This document shows, in pieces, positions 10,344-20,204 of a stretch of 64,000 bases of DNA. Positions within the stretch are counted from its first letter, which is position 1, and each line of letters begins with the position of its first letter. The translations under genes and the position numbers were made by a program. Below the pieces are notes generated by a model, which saw only the letters and a list, made by a program, of their open reading frames with translations, did not search any database and was not told the DNA's origin. Source of the stretch: a virus; IMG/VR virus record IMGVR_UViG_3300034101_003795, positions 1 to 64,000 of that record; one strand, 5' to 3'.

Positions 10344-11218
10344 TTACAGACAATTTTACCTTATTTGTAGATGGAAAAGACCAGGAATTTTTAATAAAAT
10401 CGCCAACCCTAGCTGATCAAAGAGAAGCCCAGAAAGTATACAATCAGGCATTCTCAGACGCTGTTAAATCCGGTTGTATAGTTAGGGCACGAATGGACGA
10501 TCTTTTAAAAGAACAGGGTCTGTGGGACGATAATAAGCAACAGAGACTGAATACCCTGCAACAACAACTCATGGATAATGAGAAAACTTTAGCTAAGGGT
10601 GGTATTAGTATTAAAACGGCTAAAGAAGTTGCTATTAGTATGAAAAAACTCAGAGAAGAAATTAGAGAACTTATTTCTGTAAGAACAAATTTGGACAATC
10701 ATACAGCAGAAGGACAGGCCGATAATGCTAGATTTAACTATTTAATAGCTTCGTGCTTGGTGTATAATACAACTAAAGAGAAGTATTTTAAGAGTTATGA
10801 AGAATATTTAGCTAGAGCCGCTGAGCCAGTAGCAATTAAATCGGCTCAGGTTTTAGCAAATATGCTTTATGGTTTAGATAATGATTATGAAAAGAAACTT
10901 CCTGAAAATAAATTTTTAATTAAATATAAATTTGTTAATGATGATTTGAGATTTGTTAATAAAGAAGGCAAATTAGTTGACTTTGAAGGTAGACTAGTAG
11001 ACGTTGATGGTAGATTCATAAATGGTGATGGTAAGTATGTTGATAAAGATGGTAATTTAGTAGATGAAAACGGAGACTATATTACAGACTTTAGGCCATT
11101 CCTTGATGATGACGGAAAACCAATACTTGAGGATACTGGGGAAACCAAACAAAATGAACAAGTTGAACCAATTCAGAATGAACCTAAAGCAGTCACAGAC
11201 ACACCAGCTACAAGTTGA
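10340..11218 (+). CDS. Putative tail assembly chaperone with C-terminal 7-aa VDxDG repeats
   Basis: AAGGAG RBS; coiled-coil region then VNKEGKL-VDFEGRL-VDVDGRF-INGDGKY-VDKDGNL-VDENGDY; immediately precedes the TMP. Confidence 0.45.
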   Translation: MITDNFTLFVDGKDQEFLIKSPTLADQREAQKVYNQAFSDAVKSGCIVRARMDDLLKEQGLWDDNKQQRLNTLQQQLMDNEKTLAKGGISIKTAKEVAISMKKLREEIRELISVRTNLDNHTAEGQADNARFNYLIASCLVYNTTKEKYFKSYEEYLARAAEPVAIKSAQVLANMLYGLDNDYEKKLPENKFLIKYKFVNDDLRFVNKEGKLVDFEGRLVDVDGRFINGDGKYVDKDGNLVDENGDYITDFRPFLDDDGKPILEDTGETKQNEQVEPIQNEPKAVTDTPATS

Positions 11219-11256
11219 TAACATTAATTTAGATCTATTAATACTAACCTAAATAG

Positions 11257-11290
11257 AAGGCATCATATAATCTATGGTGCCTTTTATTAT
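11257..11290 (+). terminator. Intrinsic terminator-like hairpin between chaperone and TMP
   Basis: AAGGCATCATA-taatc-TATGGTGCCTT (one G-U pair) followed by TTATTAT. Confidence 0.6.
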
Positions 11291-11313
11291 TAGATAACCA
11301 CAAAAAAAATAAT

Positions 11314-14300
11314 ATGGCAGCATTTAATTTAACAGCACAACTTAATTTACAAGGTCCAACAAATCTTAGACCAGTAATATCAGCTATTAGAAGAGAGCTA
11401 TCCAGCTTAACCTTGGATTTAAATATTAATCCAAGAACATCTCAAGGAATAAGAAGTGTTACTGCTGATGTTAATCAATTAAGTACTGCTCTTAGAAATG
11501 CTCAAACTAATGCGGCCGCATTAAATACCCAACTTAGAACTTTAGTTAATACACTTAGTGCTGTTAGTAATACTGCCACCTCGGTAGCTACCGGATTAGG
11601 CACTATCAATAGGCAAATAAGTAATAATGCGAATGCTGCCCGACAAGCAGGGTCTGAAATGGAAGAGTTCGGTAGGCAATCAGCATTAGCAGTAAGACGT
11701 TTTGCTGCGTTTAGTGTTGCTACAGGGTCAGTTTATGCGTTAGTAAGAGCAATATCATCAGCATATACAGAGTTCGTTCAGTTCAACAAAGAGTTTGTAA
11801 AATTACAACAAGTAACAGATTCTACAGCGTCATCGTTAGGTTCGTTATCATCAGAAATCACAAGATTATCAACAAGCCTTGGCGTTAGTTCATCAGAATT
11901 ATTAAATGTTTCAACCACATTAGCACAAGCTGGCTTAACTGCTACTCAAACCAAAACAGCCCTACAAGCATTAGCCAGATCAGCACTTGCCCCATCTTTT
12001 GATAATATGAATGCTACTGTAGAAGGTAGTATTGCATTGATGCAGCAATTTGGTATTAGTACTGATAATTTAGAGTCTTCTCTTAGTTCTATCAATTCTG
12101 TTGCTGCTAAGTTCGCCGTAGAAGCCAGTGATATTATTACCGCTATTCAACGTACTGGTGGTGTGTTTGCTTCTGCTAGTAAGGGAGTAAGCGAAGGTAC
12201 TCAAGCATTAAACGAATTTATTGCTATTTTTACTAGCGTTAGAGCAACAACTCGTGAAAGCGCAGAAACTATTGCAACAGGATTAAGAACAATTTTTACT
12301 CGTATTCAAAGAGGATCAACTATTGATGCGTTGAAAGAATTCGGTATTAATCTAACAGATTTAGATGGTAAATTCGTAGGGGTATATGAAGGAACAAGAA
12401 GGCTTAGCATAGCACTAAAAGGATTAGATCAAAGAGATTTAAGATTCTCAAAAATTATTGAAGAACTCGGTGGGTTCCGTCAAATCGGTAAGGTTATTCC
12501 ATTAATTCAACAGTTCGCTCTTGCTCAGCAAGCGCTTGGTGTTGCTCAAAGAGGAGCAGGATCGCTAGCATCAGATGCCGCAAAAGCACAAGAAGCATTA
12601 TCTGTTAGAGTAACAAAGGTTCGAGAAGAATTTATTGCTTTAATCAGAGATATTGGCCAAACACAAAGTTTTCAAAGATTTGTTGATATATCTTTAAGCT
12701 TAGCTAGCGCATTAATCTCTGTGGCTAATGCGGCAAAAGAAGTTTTACCAGCAATAGCAGCTATTGGTGCGATAAGAGCAGTTCCAGCAATAGGACAATA
12801 TTTTAGTGGTGTCGCTAGTGGTTTAGGAGGAAGAAGAAGATTCGCTAGGGGTGGTATGGTTCCTGGAAGTGGTAGTGGAGATACTGTTCCTGCTATGCTT
12901 GAACCAGGAGAGTTTGTTATAAGAAAAAATGCTGTTAATGCTATTGGTTCTGATAATCTTCACAGAATTAATAGATATGCGTCTGGCGGAACAGTAAAAT
13001 CATTATTATCAGAGAAAGCTTTATTAGGGAAAAAATACGACACAGAAGAAGTAGAAGATTTGTATAGTAATATTAAAATAGATAGAAGTAATGCTAATAA
13101 ATTATCACAAACTAGAGAAGCCTATAGGGAAAAAGCCAAAGAAATATGGGATCAAGCATCCTCTGCTTACTCTTCTAGTGGATCTCTTTCTGGAGCTAAT
13201 AGACTAATAAAAACAAAAGTAGGACTGCCTCTTCCTTCTAAATTAAGTTCTACTGAATTAGCTAAAAATAATACTGATCCTCGAAGACTAAACAAAATTC
13301 AGGGGTCTTTAGCAGAAAAAGAAACTTATAATAGAGTTAATAATTTGAAACAGTTACCCAAAGAAGCTGGGCCTGATTTCTCTATTGGTGGATCAGCAAC
13401 TAGTTTTGTTGAGGTTAAAAATAGGAGAGCATATACATCAGATGATGATTTAAAAGCAAAAGCATTATTAGGTCATCAATATGTTACAAAAAAAAGCTAT
13501 CTTAACAAGAAATTAGACGAGGCTCCCGGATTAAAAATATCTTTATTTTCTAGTAATGAAAAAGATTTTCAAAGAGCACCAAAATATGCTTCTGGTGGAA
13601 ATGTAGACAGTGTTCCTGCGTTGTTAACTCCTGGCGAATTTGTTATTAATAAAAAATCTGCCAGCGCAATTGGATCATCAAGACTGCATCAAATGAATAG
13701 AGCAGATAAAATTCAAGGATTTAATAAGGGTGGATTTGTTGGAGTACAAAAATTTGCTGATGGCGGAGAGGTTGAAAATAATAATATCATGGGCTTTAGT
13801 CCTATGACTATAATAACTGCTCTTATTGGCATTACTGCTGGATTTGTTGGACTAAGTAGAGTTATTCCATCCCTTGGTAGAGCTATTGGGGTTTTTAATA
13901 GATCTGTTGATATGGGTCTTCCAAGAACAGGAAGAGGAACAGCAAGACCAGGACAACCAAACGCTGGCAGAAGAGATTTTACTGAACAAGGTAGCTTAGT
14001 AAGAAGAAGAGGCGTCCTTGGAATGGGTCAAGGGGCTGATGCTATTGGTTTAGCTTTTGGTGGTACTGCTGTAGCACAAAGCGCTGGTGAAAATATTGGT
14101 GGAACACTAGGTAAACAAGTTAGCGAAACTGGTACAGCAATAGCCAGTGTTCTTGGCCTTGCAGCAGCGATACCGGGATTGGCTAATCCATTAGGAATAC
14201 TAACTACTGTTGTAGTTGCTGGAATTGCAGCTTTTAGCGCTTGGAATAAAGCAACAAGAGATGCTGCTATCGCAGAACAAGAAAAAATAATAGAACAAAA

Positions 14301-17300
14301 GAGCAGTAGTCTTGATAAAGCATTTGAAAAATTAACCAATACCACTAATAATGTTAAGATTGGTGAACTACAAAGTAGTATATTGTCTAATGTCAAAGAT
14401 GTAATTTCTTCAGAATCTGCAATCAGAAAAGAAAAATCAACAGCCTCAGCACCTAGTTGGTTCACAAAAACCTTTTTTGGCGCTAAAACAGATACCACTA
14501 AACTAAGTCAAGAATTAACTAGTTCTAGTAAATTAAGTGGAGAGACATTACAAAGATACATAATAGATGCTTTAAGAAAAGGCCAAACGTTCTCTCAAGT
14601 ACAAGGACAACTTAGAAATAGTGGAATCAATGCTCAGGATATAAAACAATCAATTGCCATAGCTCAAGGTGGCACTGCTGTTACCGACATAATGGCAAAA
14701 ATTACTGCTGCCCAACAAGAAAATAGAACAGGAGATCTTCCTGGATTACAAAAAGAGTTAGACACTATAATAAATAAATTAGTTAAAGAGTTTAGTGATG
14801 GTGCTATAGCACTGACTACTATTAGTGGAACCGGAGCAGCAGCAGCGGCTGCTGTAGATCTATTTGCTCAAAGTATAAAAAATGTATCAGCGGCAATAGG
14901 AAGGGCTTCTGCTGAATTTGATGAAGCTGAAAGAACTGCATCAATTTTATCAGCAGCGCCAGGACAAGCACTTTCTGCGGCCGGACCAAGCAGGCTAAAC
15001 GAAAATATATTTGATAATTTAAGATCATATTCATCACAAGAAGTTGTTGATGCTATTAATAGTCTTGGAGAAAAATTAAAATTTAGTCAAGGTTTTACTG
15101 GCGATCTTACAACAGCAGCCCTTAGTAAACAAGTATTAGAAGTTGGATTACCAAAAATATTAGCAGAAGCAGCTGCAAAACAACAGACTGGACAATTTAA
15201 TGAGACTGATAAAAACAGTATCCAAAAATCTTTATTAGGCTTATTTAAAAATGTCCCATCTATGGATCAAAACAAAGCCGAACTAGCTGTCACAGAAATT
15301 CTAGATACTATTCAAAAAATGACTACAGAAGGACAATCTGTAACTTTGCAGTCTCTTTCTGATAGTAGCAAAGCTCTTAATGAAATATTAAAAGGATTTA
15401 CAGAAACAACAGATGCAGCAAAAAATGCTCAAGTAGAATATAATAAATTACTTGATCAAGGTCGTCAATCGTTAATTGGACTTATAGAAGCTACTGATAA
15501 AGCTAGTGATTTGAGAAATCAAGCAGCTTCTGTTAGAAATCAAGGATCGGTACAATTATCCCAGGCCTTAGGACAATCAGTATCTTTAAAGGAACTAAAT
15601 TCATCTTTTGAAAAAACAATACAAACACTAACATCAACTATTGGTCCAAAAGGTGTTGTAGCTGGTACTGGAACTAATGACCCCAATCAAATAGCAGCAA
15701 GATTAGCTAAAAAACAAAAAGAAGAGGCTGATCTTCGTCTAAAATTAGATCAAGCAAATGTTGGTACTAATGAATATAATGCTTTACGATCTTCATTAGC
15801 TAGAGTTACATTAGAAGCTAGAAATTTAAGTAAGGCCCAAGAAAAATTAGCAACAGATAGTAGCAGAGCTTCTAATGCATTATCAAAAATACAAGAAATA
15901 AGAAGAACACAAGAGGCAGGAAGAGGATTATTTGAGAATCTTTTAACTAATATTAATAATCCAGACTGGCTATTAGAATTTCAAAGAAGTGTACAGTCAT
16001 TAAGAAATGTTATGAGTGGCCAAGGAACTAGTGAAGATATACCATTAGCTATAGAAGCTTTTAGACAAAGAGCATCAACACTGCCAGAGGCTCAGGCCGA
16101 AGAAGAGAGAAAAGATTTTTATGCAAAACTTAGAGAAATTTTAATTAATAGTGGGATAACAAGTCCAAAAGTTATTGATGCTATTCTTAATAAAATTGGG
16201 GCCAAGGGAGAAACTCAAGAATTACAAGATACTATAAAAGTATATACCGATGCTGTGATTGCTCAAGCAACAGCTCTTGAAAATCAGGCCGCTCAAACTG
16301 AGAAATCTGGACAAACCTTTTTTGGTCTTGTGAAAAAGGCTGGTGAAAATTTTGTTGCTACTATTGGTGGTGCTGCTGGTGGCGCTGGTGGTCAGCCAGT
16401 GGTAGGAAGACAGAATGGTGGAATGATTTATGCTAGTAAAGGTCAGTATGTAAATTTTCAACCAAGAGGAACTGATACTGTTCCTGCTATGTTAACTCCG
16501 GGAGAGTTTGTTGTTAATAAAAAAGCCACACAAAAAAATATTGGGTTATTAAAAAATATTAATAATGGTGGTAAAGGTTATAGTTCGGGTGGAGTTGTTT
16601 ATGCTAGAACAGGAGGAGAAATATTATCAAGTTTAGGCGATGCTTCTGATGTTTTATTTGCTTGGGATCTTGAAGGAAAAGGAATACCAGAAGATCGGTT
16701 TGACTGGGCTGCTATGAAAATACAAAGGGCAACTGATGAACTTGAAGAGAAAAGTTCGCTTACAAGAAATATAAATGATGATTTTATAGTTCGTGAGTTT
16801 TCTGGTCCTTCAAGAAGATTTATCTCTAAATCTGGTGCAGAAATAGCAAAACTCAATGACGCAGATTTTAGTGCATATAGGATGCCATTTAATGATGCGT
16901 ACAATGATTTAAAACGTTCTGATATATTAAAATATATTGATGATATGACCGTGCCAGCGCCACAACCAGGACAACCTCCTGTTGCTCCACCGTCGCCGCC
17001 ACAAAAACCTCAAGGCGCAGGATTTACTCTTCCCCCAGAAGGAGGACTTGCCGGCCAATTATCTTCATCGGATTTTATGAGAATGGGTGATCCGATTACA
17101 CAAAATATCGAAGCTAGAAGAGCAAAAGCTTTAGCTATTTCTAAAGATAAAGCTAAAACAAACGCATTTTATGATGAGCAAAGAGACAAAAGAGCGAATT
17201 TTATAGATAATGCTCCTCTTGCAGTAAAGAGAAAATTATTTAAAGATATTACAGAATCAGAAGACAGAAAAGGTCAAAGACTAGAAGAAAAAGCAGCAAG

Positions 17301-20190
17301 AGATGCTAAATTTTTAGAAATTGGTAGATCCGAAGCACAGATCCATGATGATGGTGGGGTTATTCTTAATGGTAAATTTATTGCAGACCCTACAGATGCT
17401 CAATTAATAGCATTAGGAAAACAAAGAGAACAGGAAATGAGAGAATACAAGAATGACATAAAACAATATGTTTTATTAAACGAAGACCTATTAAATAAAG
17501 CAAAAGCTGAAGCTTCAGCATTAAAAGATAAAACTGGATCATATTCAGAAGCTGATATTGCTAAAACATTAGCAGGAGATCCGTATGGAATGGCATCACT
17601 AGCCGGAGCCGGATCCATATCAATAACAGAAGCTGATATTAGGCGAAAACCACTAGGATATGATAAATTATCTAAGGATAAGCAGAGTAATTATGACAAT
17701 TATGTTGATTATTTAATTGAATTTAAATATGAGTTTGCCCGACAATCTGCACTAGAGGCTAAAATAGCAAAAAGAAGAGAAGCAGAAGCAAAACAGCGAG
17801 CTGATTTAGTCAAAGCTGAACAAGCTAAAAAAGACGATCTTAAACGACGAACAACTCCTGTAGTGAGTGATGAACCAATAACATCAGGATTTGCTGGTAT
17901 GCCGGAAGACAATCCTGATTTAAGAATGCCAACATTAGCAGATGCTCAGGCAGCTGACTCACAGATTAGAGCAAAAGAAGAAAAACAAGCAAGAAGAGAA
18001 TACGTTGCTAGTAAAGTGGCAGAATTTGCAGAAAAGAAAGATAGAATATTAAGCGAACTCAGTCAAGTCAGAAGCAGAGCGCAAAGTGATATTGATACAA
18101 CTTATAATAATCAACAATCATCATCATTTAATGGCGTAGTTTCGTCTGTTACCGGATCTGATCCTTATGCTATGCAAATACAAAATGCCAGAAAATTATT
18201 AGAAAGAGCTGATTATCTAAAACAAGATTTTAATAAGAGATGGATAAGTCGCATTGATCTTGCTAAAGATGGTAGATCATATGGAACTAAAGAACAAGTG
18301 GATCAAAATATTTCTGATAATACCAGTTTGGCCGAAGAGTATTTTAATGTATTAAGAGCTGTAAGATCTGGCGAATCTTCTAATGCAGACTTTTTTAATA
18401 ATACAGTTTTACCACAACATAATGAAGCTATTAATACAACTAGAGATGTGGCCGCTCAAGCAATTGTCGGGGCTGGCACACTAGGAGTTGGTGCTGCTGG
18501 AACTGCTACTGTTAGAGGAGCAATGGCGCTAGGTGCTGCAACAGGAGCGGCAGAATCAGCAACACTATCAACACTATCCGCTATTGATCAAGTAAAATCA
18601 AAACAAAAAACAATAGGAGAAGCAGTAACTGATGTTGCCACACAAACTGTAATTGGTGGTGCTGTTGGTGCTGTTACTGGAGGAGCTGGTCAAGTTGGTG
18701 GAGCCGGAGCAAGAGCATTATCAAAAGCATATGACGCTACTGTTGAACAAAATGCAAAAATAGCAGCAAAACAAGCCAAAATAGCAGCAGAACAAGCACA
18801 AGAAGCTGCCTCCGCTCAAGCTCGAAAGAAAGCACAACAAAAAGCGGCACAAGCAGCTAAAGAAAGAGCCGAAAGACAAGCCAAAGAACAAGCATCTAAA
18901 GCACAGGAAAATTTTGGACAAAAAGCAGGAGAATCTCAAGACGAATATTTGGCTAGAATTAGTGGTCGAGCTGTTGGTCCAAAAGCAGCCGCACAAACAG
19001 CAGCAGCAGCAAAAGCATCAGGAAAAACTGGTGGATCCTCAAGCACAGCCCCAAGAAATCCAGATGCTAAATATCCAGGATTTAGTAAAAAACCAATAAT
19101 GGATTACGATCAAATTCCTACTGGTAAAACTGGTGGAACAACTTCTACTACAGTTGAAGATGTTGTTGGTCTACCAGGAAGCGCAGGAGGAGGAAGAGAA
19201 ACAATAGCCTATAAAAGATCCAAAGCAACAACAGCACAAGCACAAAAACCAGCAGAACCATTATTTTTCCCACAAAGAAACTCATCAGCTCAGATGAGAA
19301 CATTTAGGTTTAGAGAAGCAGGAATACCTCAGTCTAAAATGGATGATTTAGTTAGTAAATATTACACAAATAAAACTCTCTTATCAAAAGACGAACTTAG
19401 ATGGGTCCAAGATTTTCTAAAAGATCCAGATAATGTAGCAGGATTTAATTTTAGATCAAATAGGCCAACAGCAGCAATGTCAAGGGGCGGAGTGGTTTAT
19501 GCTTCAAAAGGCCAGTTAATTCCATATATGCCAAAAGGTACCGATACTGTACCGGCCATGTTAACTCCTGGCGAATTCGTAATAAATAGAGCGGCCACAC
19601 AAAAACATCTACCATTATTAAGAGCCATAAATAATAATAGTAATAATGTACAAAGATTTAGTGGCGGCGGCAGAGTACAATATTTTGATAAGGGGTCTAA
19701 AGGAGCAGTTCAAGCATCATCTGGCGGCGGAGGTGTATCAAATATAAGTTTAGATACTACTGGATTGAATGGTGCTTTTGGTTCTTTTTCTCAATATGTT
19801 GAGAATCTTAAAGGCTATATTGATTCTTTTGGAGTATCACTAACGAATATTGGATCATTATTAGGAAATCTTTCGTCCATAGAATCTGGAGCAAGCAAAT
19901 TATCAGTATCAGCAGCCTCTTTAAGTTCAGCATCATCAAGACTTAATGACGCAATGATTACTTTAAATTCTTCTCTAGGAACTTTGGGTCAAAGTTTATC
20001 TAATGTACCAAAAGTTATTGATTTTAACGCTACTGGAGAAATACCAATTAATATTTCATTAGATGTTAATGGTGGTCAAGGATTAAATGATCAGCTATCT
20101 AAATTTGAAGATGATATATATACTAAAATAGAAAATGAATTGCGTAGAGCATTACCAGGTATTAATATAAACATAACTAGAAGTACATAA
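11314..20190 (+). CDS. Tail tape measure protein with internal repeat-bracketed insert regions
   Basis: 2958 aa. TP901-type TMP core (LAQAGL..., KFAVEASDIITAIQRTGG..., RESAETIATGLRTIFTRIQR), Ala-rich helical regions, hydrophobic segments, four DTVPAML(T/E)PGEFV-type motifs. Confidence 0.9.
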   Translation: MAAFNLTAQLNLQGPTNLRPVISAIRRELSSLTLDLNINPRTSQGIRSVTADVNQLSTALRNAQTNAAALNTQLRTLVNTLSAVSNTATSVATGLGTINRQISNNANAARQAGSEMEEFGRQSALAVRRFAAFSVATGSVYALVRAISSAYTEFVQFNKEFVKLQQVTDSTASSLGSLSSEITRLSTSLGVSSSELLNVSTTLAQAGLTATQTKTALQALARSALAPSFDNMNATVEGSIALMQQFGISTDNLESSLSSINSVAAKFAVEASDIITAIQRTGGVFASASKGVSEGTQALNEFIAIFTSVRATTRESAETIATGLRTIFTRIQRGSTIDALKEFGINLTDLDGKFVGVYEGTRRLSIALKGLDQRDLRFSKIIEELGGFRQIGKVIPLIQQFALAQQALGVAQRGAGSLASDAAKAQEALSVRVTKVREEFIALIRDIGQTQSFQRFVDISLSLASALISVANAAKEVLPAIAAIGAIRAVPAIGQYFSGVASGLGGRRRFARGGMVPGSGSGDTVPAMLEPGEFVIRKNAVNAIGSDNLHRINRYASGGTVKSLLSEKALLGKKYDTEEVEDLYSNIKIDRSNANKLSQTREAYREKAKEIWDQASSAYSSSGSLSGANRLIKTKVGLPLPSKLSSTELAKNNTDPRRLNKIQGSLAEKETYNRVNNLKQLPKEAGPDFSIGGSATSFVEVKNRRAYTSDDDLKAKALLGHQYVTKKSYLNKKLDEAPGLKISLFSSNEKDFQRAPKYASGGNVDSVPALLTPGEFVINKKSASAIGSSRLHQMNRADKIQGFNKGGFVGVQKFADGGEVENNNIMGFSPMTIITALIGITAGFVGLSRVIPSLGRAIGVFNRSVDMGLPRTGRGTARPGQPNAGRRDFTEQGSLVRRRGVLGMGQGADAIGLAFGGTAVAQSAGENIGGTLGKQVSETGTAIASVLGLAAAIPGLANPLGILTTVVVAGIAAFSAWNKATRDAAIAEQEKIIEQKSSSLDKAFEKLTNTTNNVKIGELQSSILSNVKDVISSESAIRKEKSTASAPSWFTKTFFGAKTDTTKLSQELTSSSKLSGETLQRYIIDALRKGQTFSQVQGQLRNSGINAQDIKQSIAIAQGGTAVTDIMAKITAAQQENRTGDLPGLQKELDTIINKLVKEFSDGAIALTTISGTGAAAAAAVDLFAQSIKNVSAAIGRASAEFDEAERTASILSAAPGQALSAAGPSRLNENIFDNLRSYSSQEVVDAINSLGEKLKFSQGFTGDLTTAALSKQVLEVGLPKILAEAAAKQQTGQFNETDKNSIQKSLLGLFKNVPSMDQNKAELAVTEILDTIQKMTTEGQSVTLQSLSDSSKALNEILKGFTETTDAAKNAQVEYNKLLDQGRQSLIGLIEATDKASDLRNQAASVRNQGSVQLSQALGQSVSLKELNSSFEKTIQTLTSTIGPKGVVAGTGTNDPNQIAARLAKKQKEEADLRLKLDQANVGTNEYNALRSSLARVTLEARNLSKAQEKLATDSSRASNALSKIQEIRRTQEAGRGLFENLLTNINNPDWLLEFQRSVQSLRNVMSGQGTSEDIPLAIEAFRQRASTLPEAQAEEERKDFYAKLREILINSGITSPKVIDAILNKIGAKGETQELQDTIKVYTDAVIAQATALENQAAQTEKSGQTFFGLVKKAGENFVATIGGAAGGAGGQPVVGRQNGGMIYASKGQYVNFQPRGTDTVPAMLTPGEFVVNKKATQKNIGLLKNINNGGKGYSSGGVVYARTGGEILSSLGDASDVLFAWDLEGKGIPEDRFDWAAMKIQRATDELEEKSSLTRNINDDFIVREFSGPSRRFISKSGAEIAKLNDADFSAYRMPFNDAYNDLKRSDILKYIDDMTVPAPQPGQPPVAPPSPPQKPQGAGFTLPPEGGLAGQLSSSDFMRMGDPITQNIEARRAKALAISKDKAKTNAFYDEQRDKRANFIDNAPLAVKRKLFKDITESEDRKGQRLEEKAARDAKFLEIGRSEAQIHDDGGVILNGKFIADPTDAQLIALGKQREQEMREYKNDIKQYVLLNEDLLNKAKAEASALKDKTGSYSEADIAKTLAGDPYGMASLAGAGSISITEADIRRKPLGYDKLSKDKQSNYDNYVDYLIEFKYEFARQSALEAKIAKRREAEAKQRADLVKAEQAKKDDLKRRTTPVVSDEPITSGFAGMPEDNPDLRMPTLADAQAADSQIRAKEEKQARREYVASKVAEFAEKKDRILSELSQVRSRAQSDIDTTYNNQQSSSFNGVVSSVTGSDPYAMQIQNARKLLERADYLKQDFNKRWISRIDLAKDGRSYGTKEQVDQNISDNTSLAEEYFNVLRAVRSGESSNADFFNNTVLPQHNEAINTTRDVAAQAIVGAGTLGVGAAGTATVRGAMALGAATGAAESATLSTLSAIDQVKSKQKTIGEAVTDVATQTVIGGAVGAVTGGAGQVGGAGARALSKAYDATVEQNAKIAAKQAKIAAEQAQEAASAQARKKAQQKAAQAAKERAERQAKEQASKAQENFGQKAGESQDEYLARISGRAVGPKAAAQTAAAAKASGKTGGSSSTAPRNPDAKYPGFSKKPIMDYDQIPTGKTGGTTSTTVEDVVGLPGSAGGGRETIAYKRSKATTAQAQKPAEPLFFPQRNSSAQMRTFRFREAGIPQSKMDDLVSKYYTNKTLLSKDELRWVQDFLKDPDNVAGFNFRSNRPTAAMSRGGVVYASKGQLIPYMPKGTDTVPAMLTPGEFVINRAATQKHLPLLRAINNNSNNVQRFSGGGRVQYFDKGSKGAVQASSGGGGVSNISLDTTGLNGAFGSFSQYVENLKGYIDSFGVSLTNIGSLLGNLSSIESGASKLSVSAASLSSASSRLNDAMITLNSSLGTLGQSLSNVPKVIDFNATGEIPINISLDVNGGQGLNDQLSKFEDDIYTKIENELRRALPGININITRST
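12838..12990 (+). repeat. TMP motif copy 1 (RFARGGMVPGSGSGDTVPAMLEPGEFVI...RYASGG)
   Basis: Protein- and DNA-level similarity to copies 2-4. Confidence 0.85.
13582..13770 (+). repeat. TMP motif copy 2 (KYASGGNVDSVPALLTPGEFVI...KFADGG)
   Basis: Shares TGTTAACTCCTGGCGAATT with copy 4. Confidence 0.85.
16405..16620 (+). repeat. TMP motif copy 3 (GGMIYASKGQ...GTDTVPAMLTPGEFVV)
   Basis: Shares GATACTGTTCCTGCTATG with copy 1 and YASKGQ with copy 4. Confidence 0.85.
19477..19700 (+). repeat. TMP motif copy 4 (GGVVYASKGQ...GTDTVPAMLTPGEFVI)
   Basis: Near-identical in protein sequence to copy 3. Confidence 0.85.
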
Positions 20191-20204
20191 TCTGGAGTTT
20201 TTAA

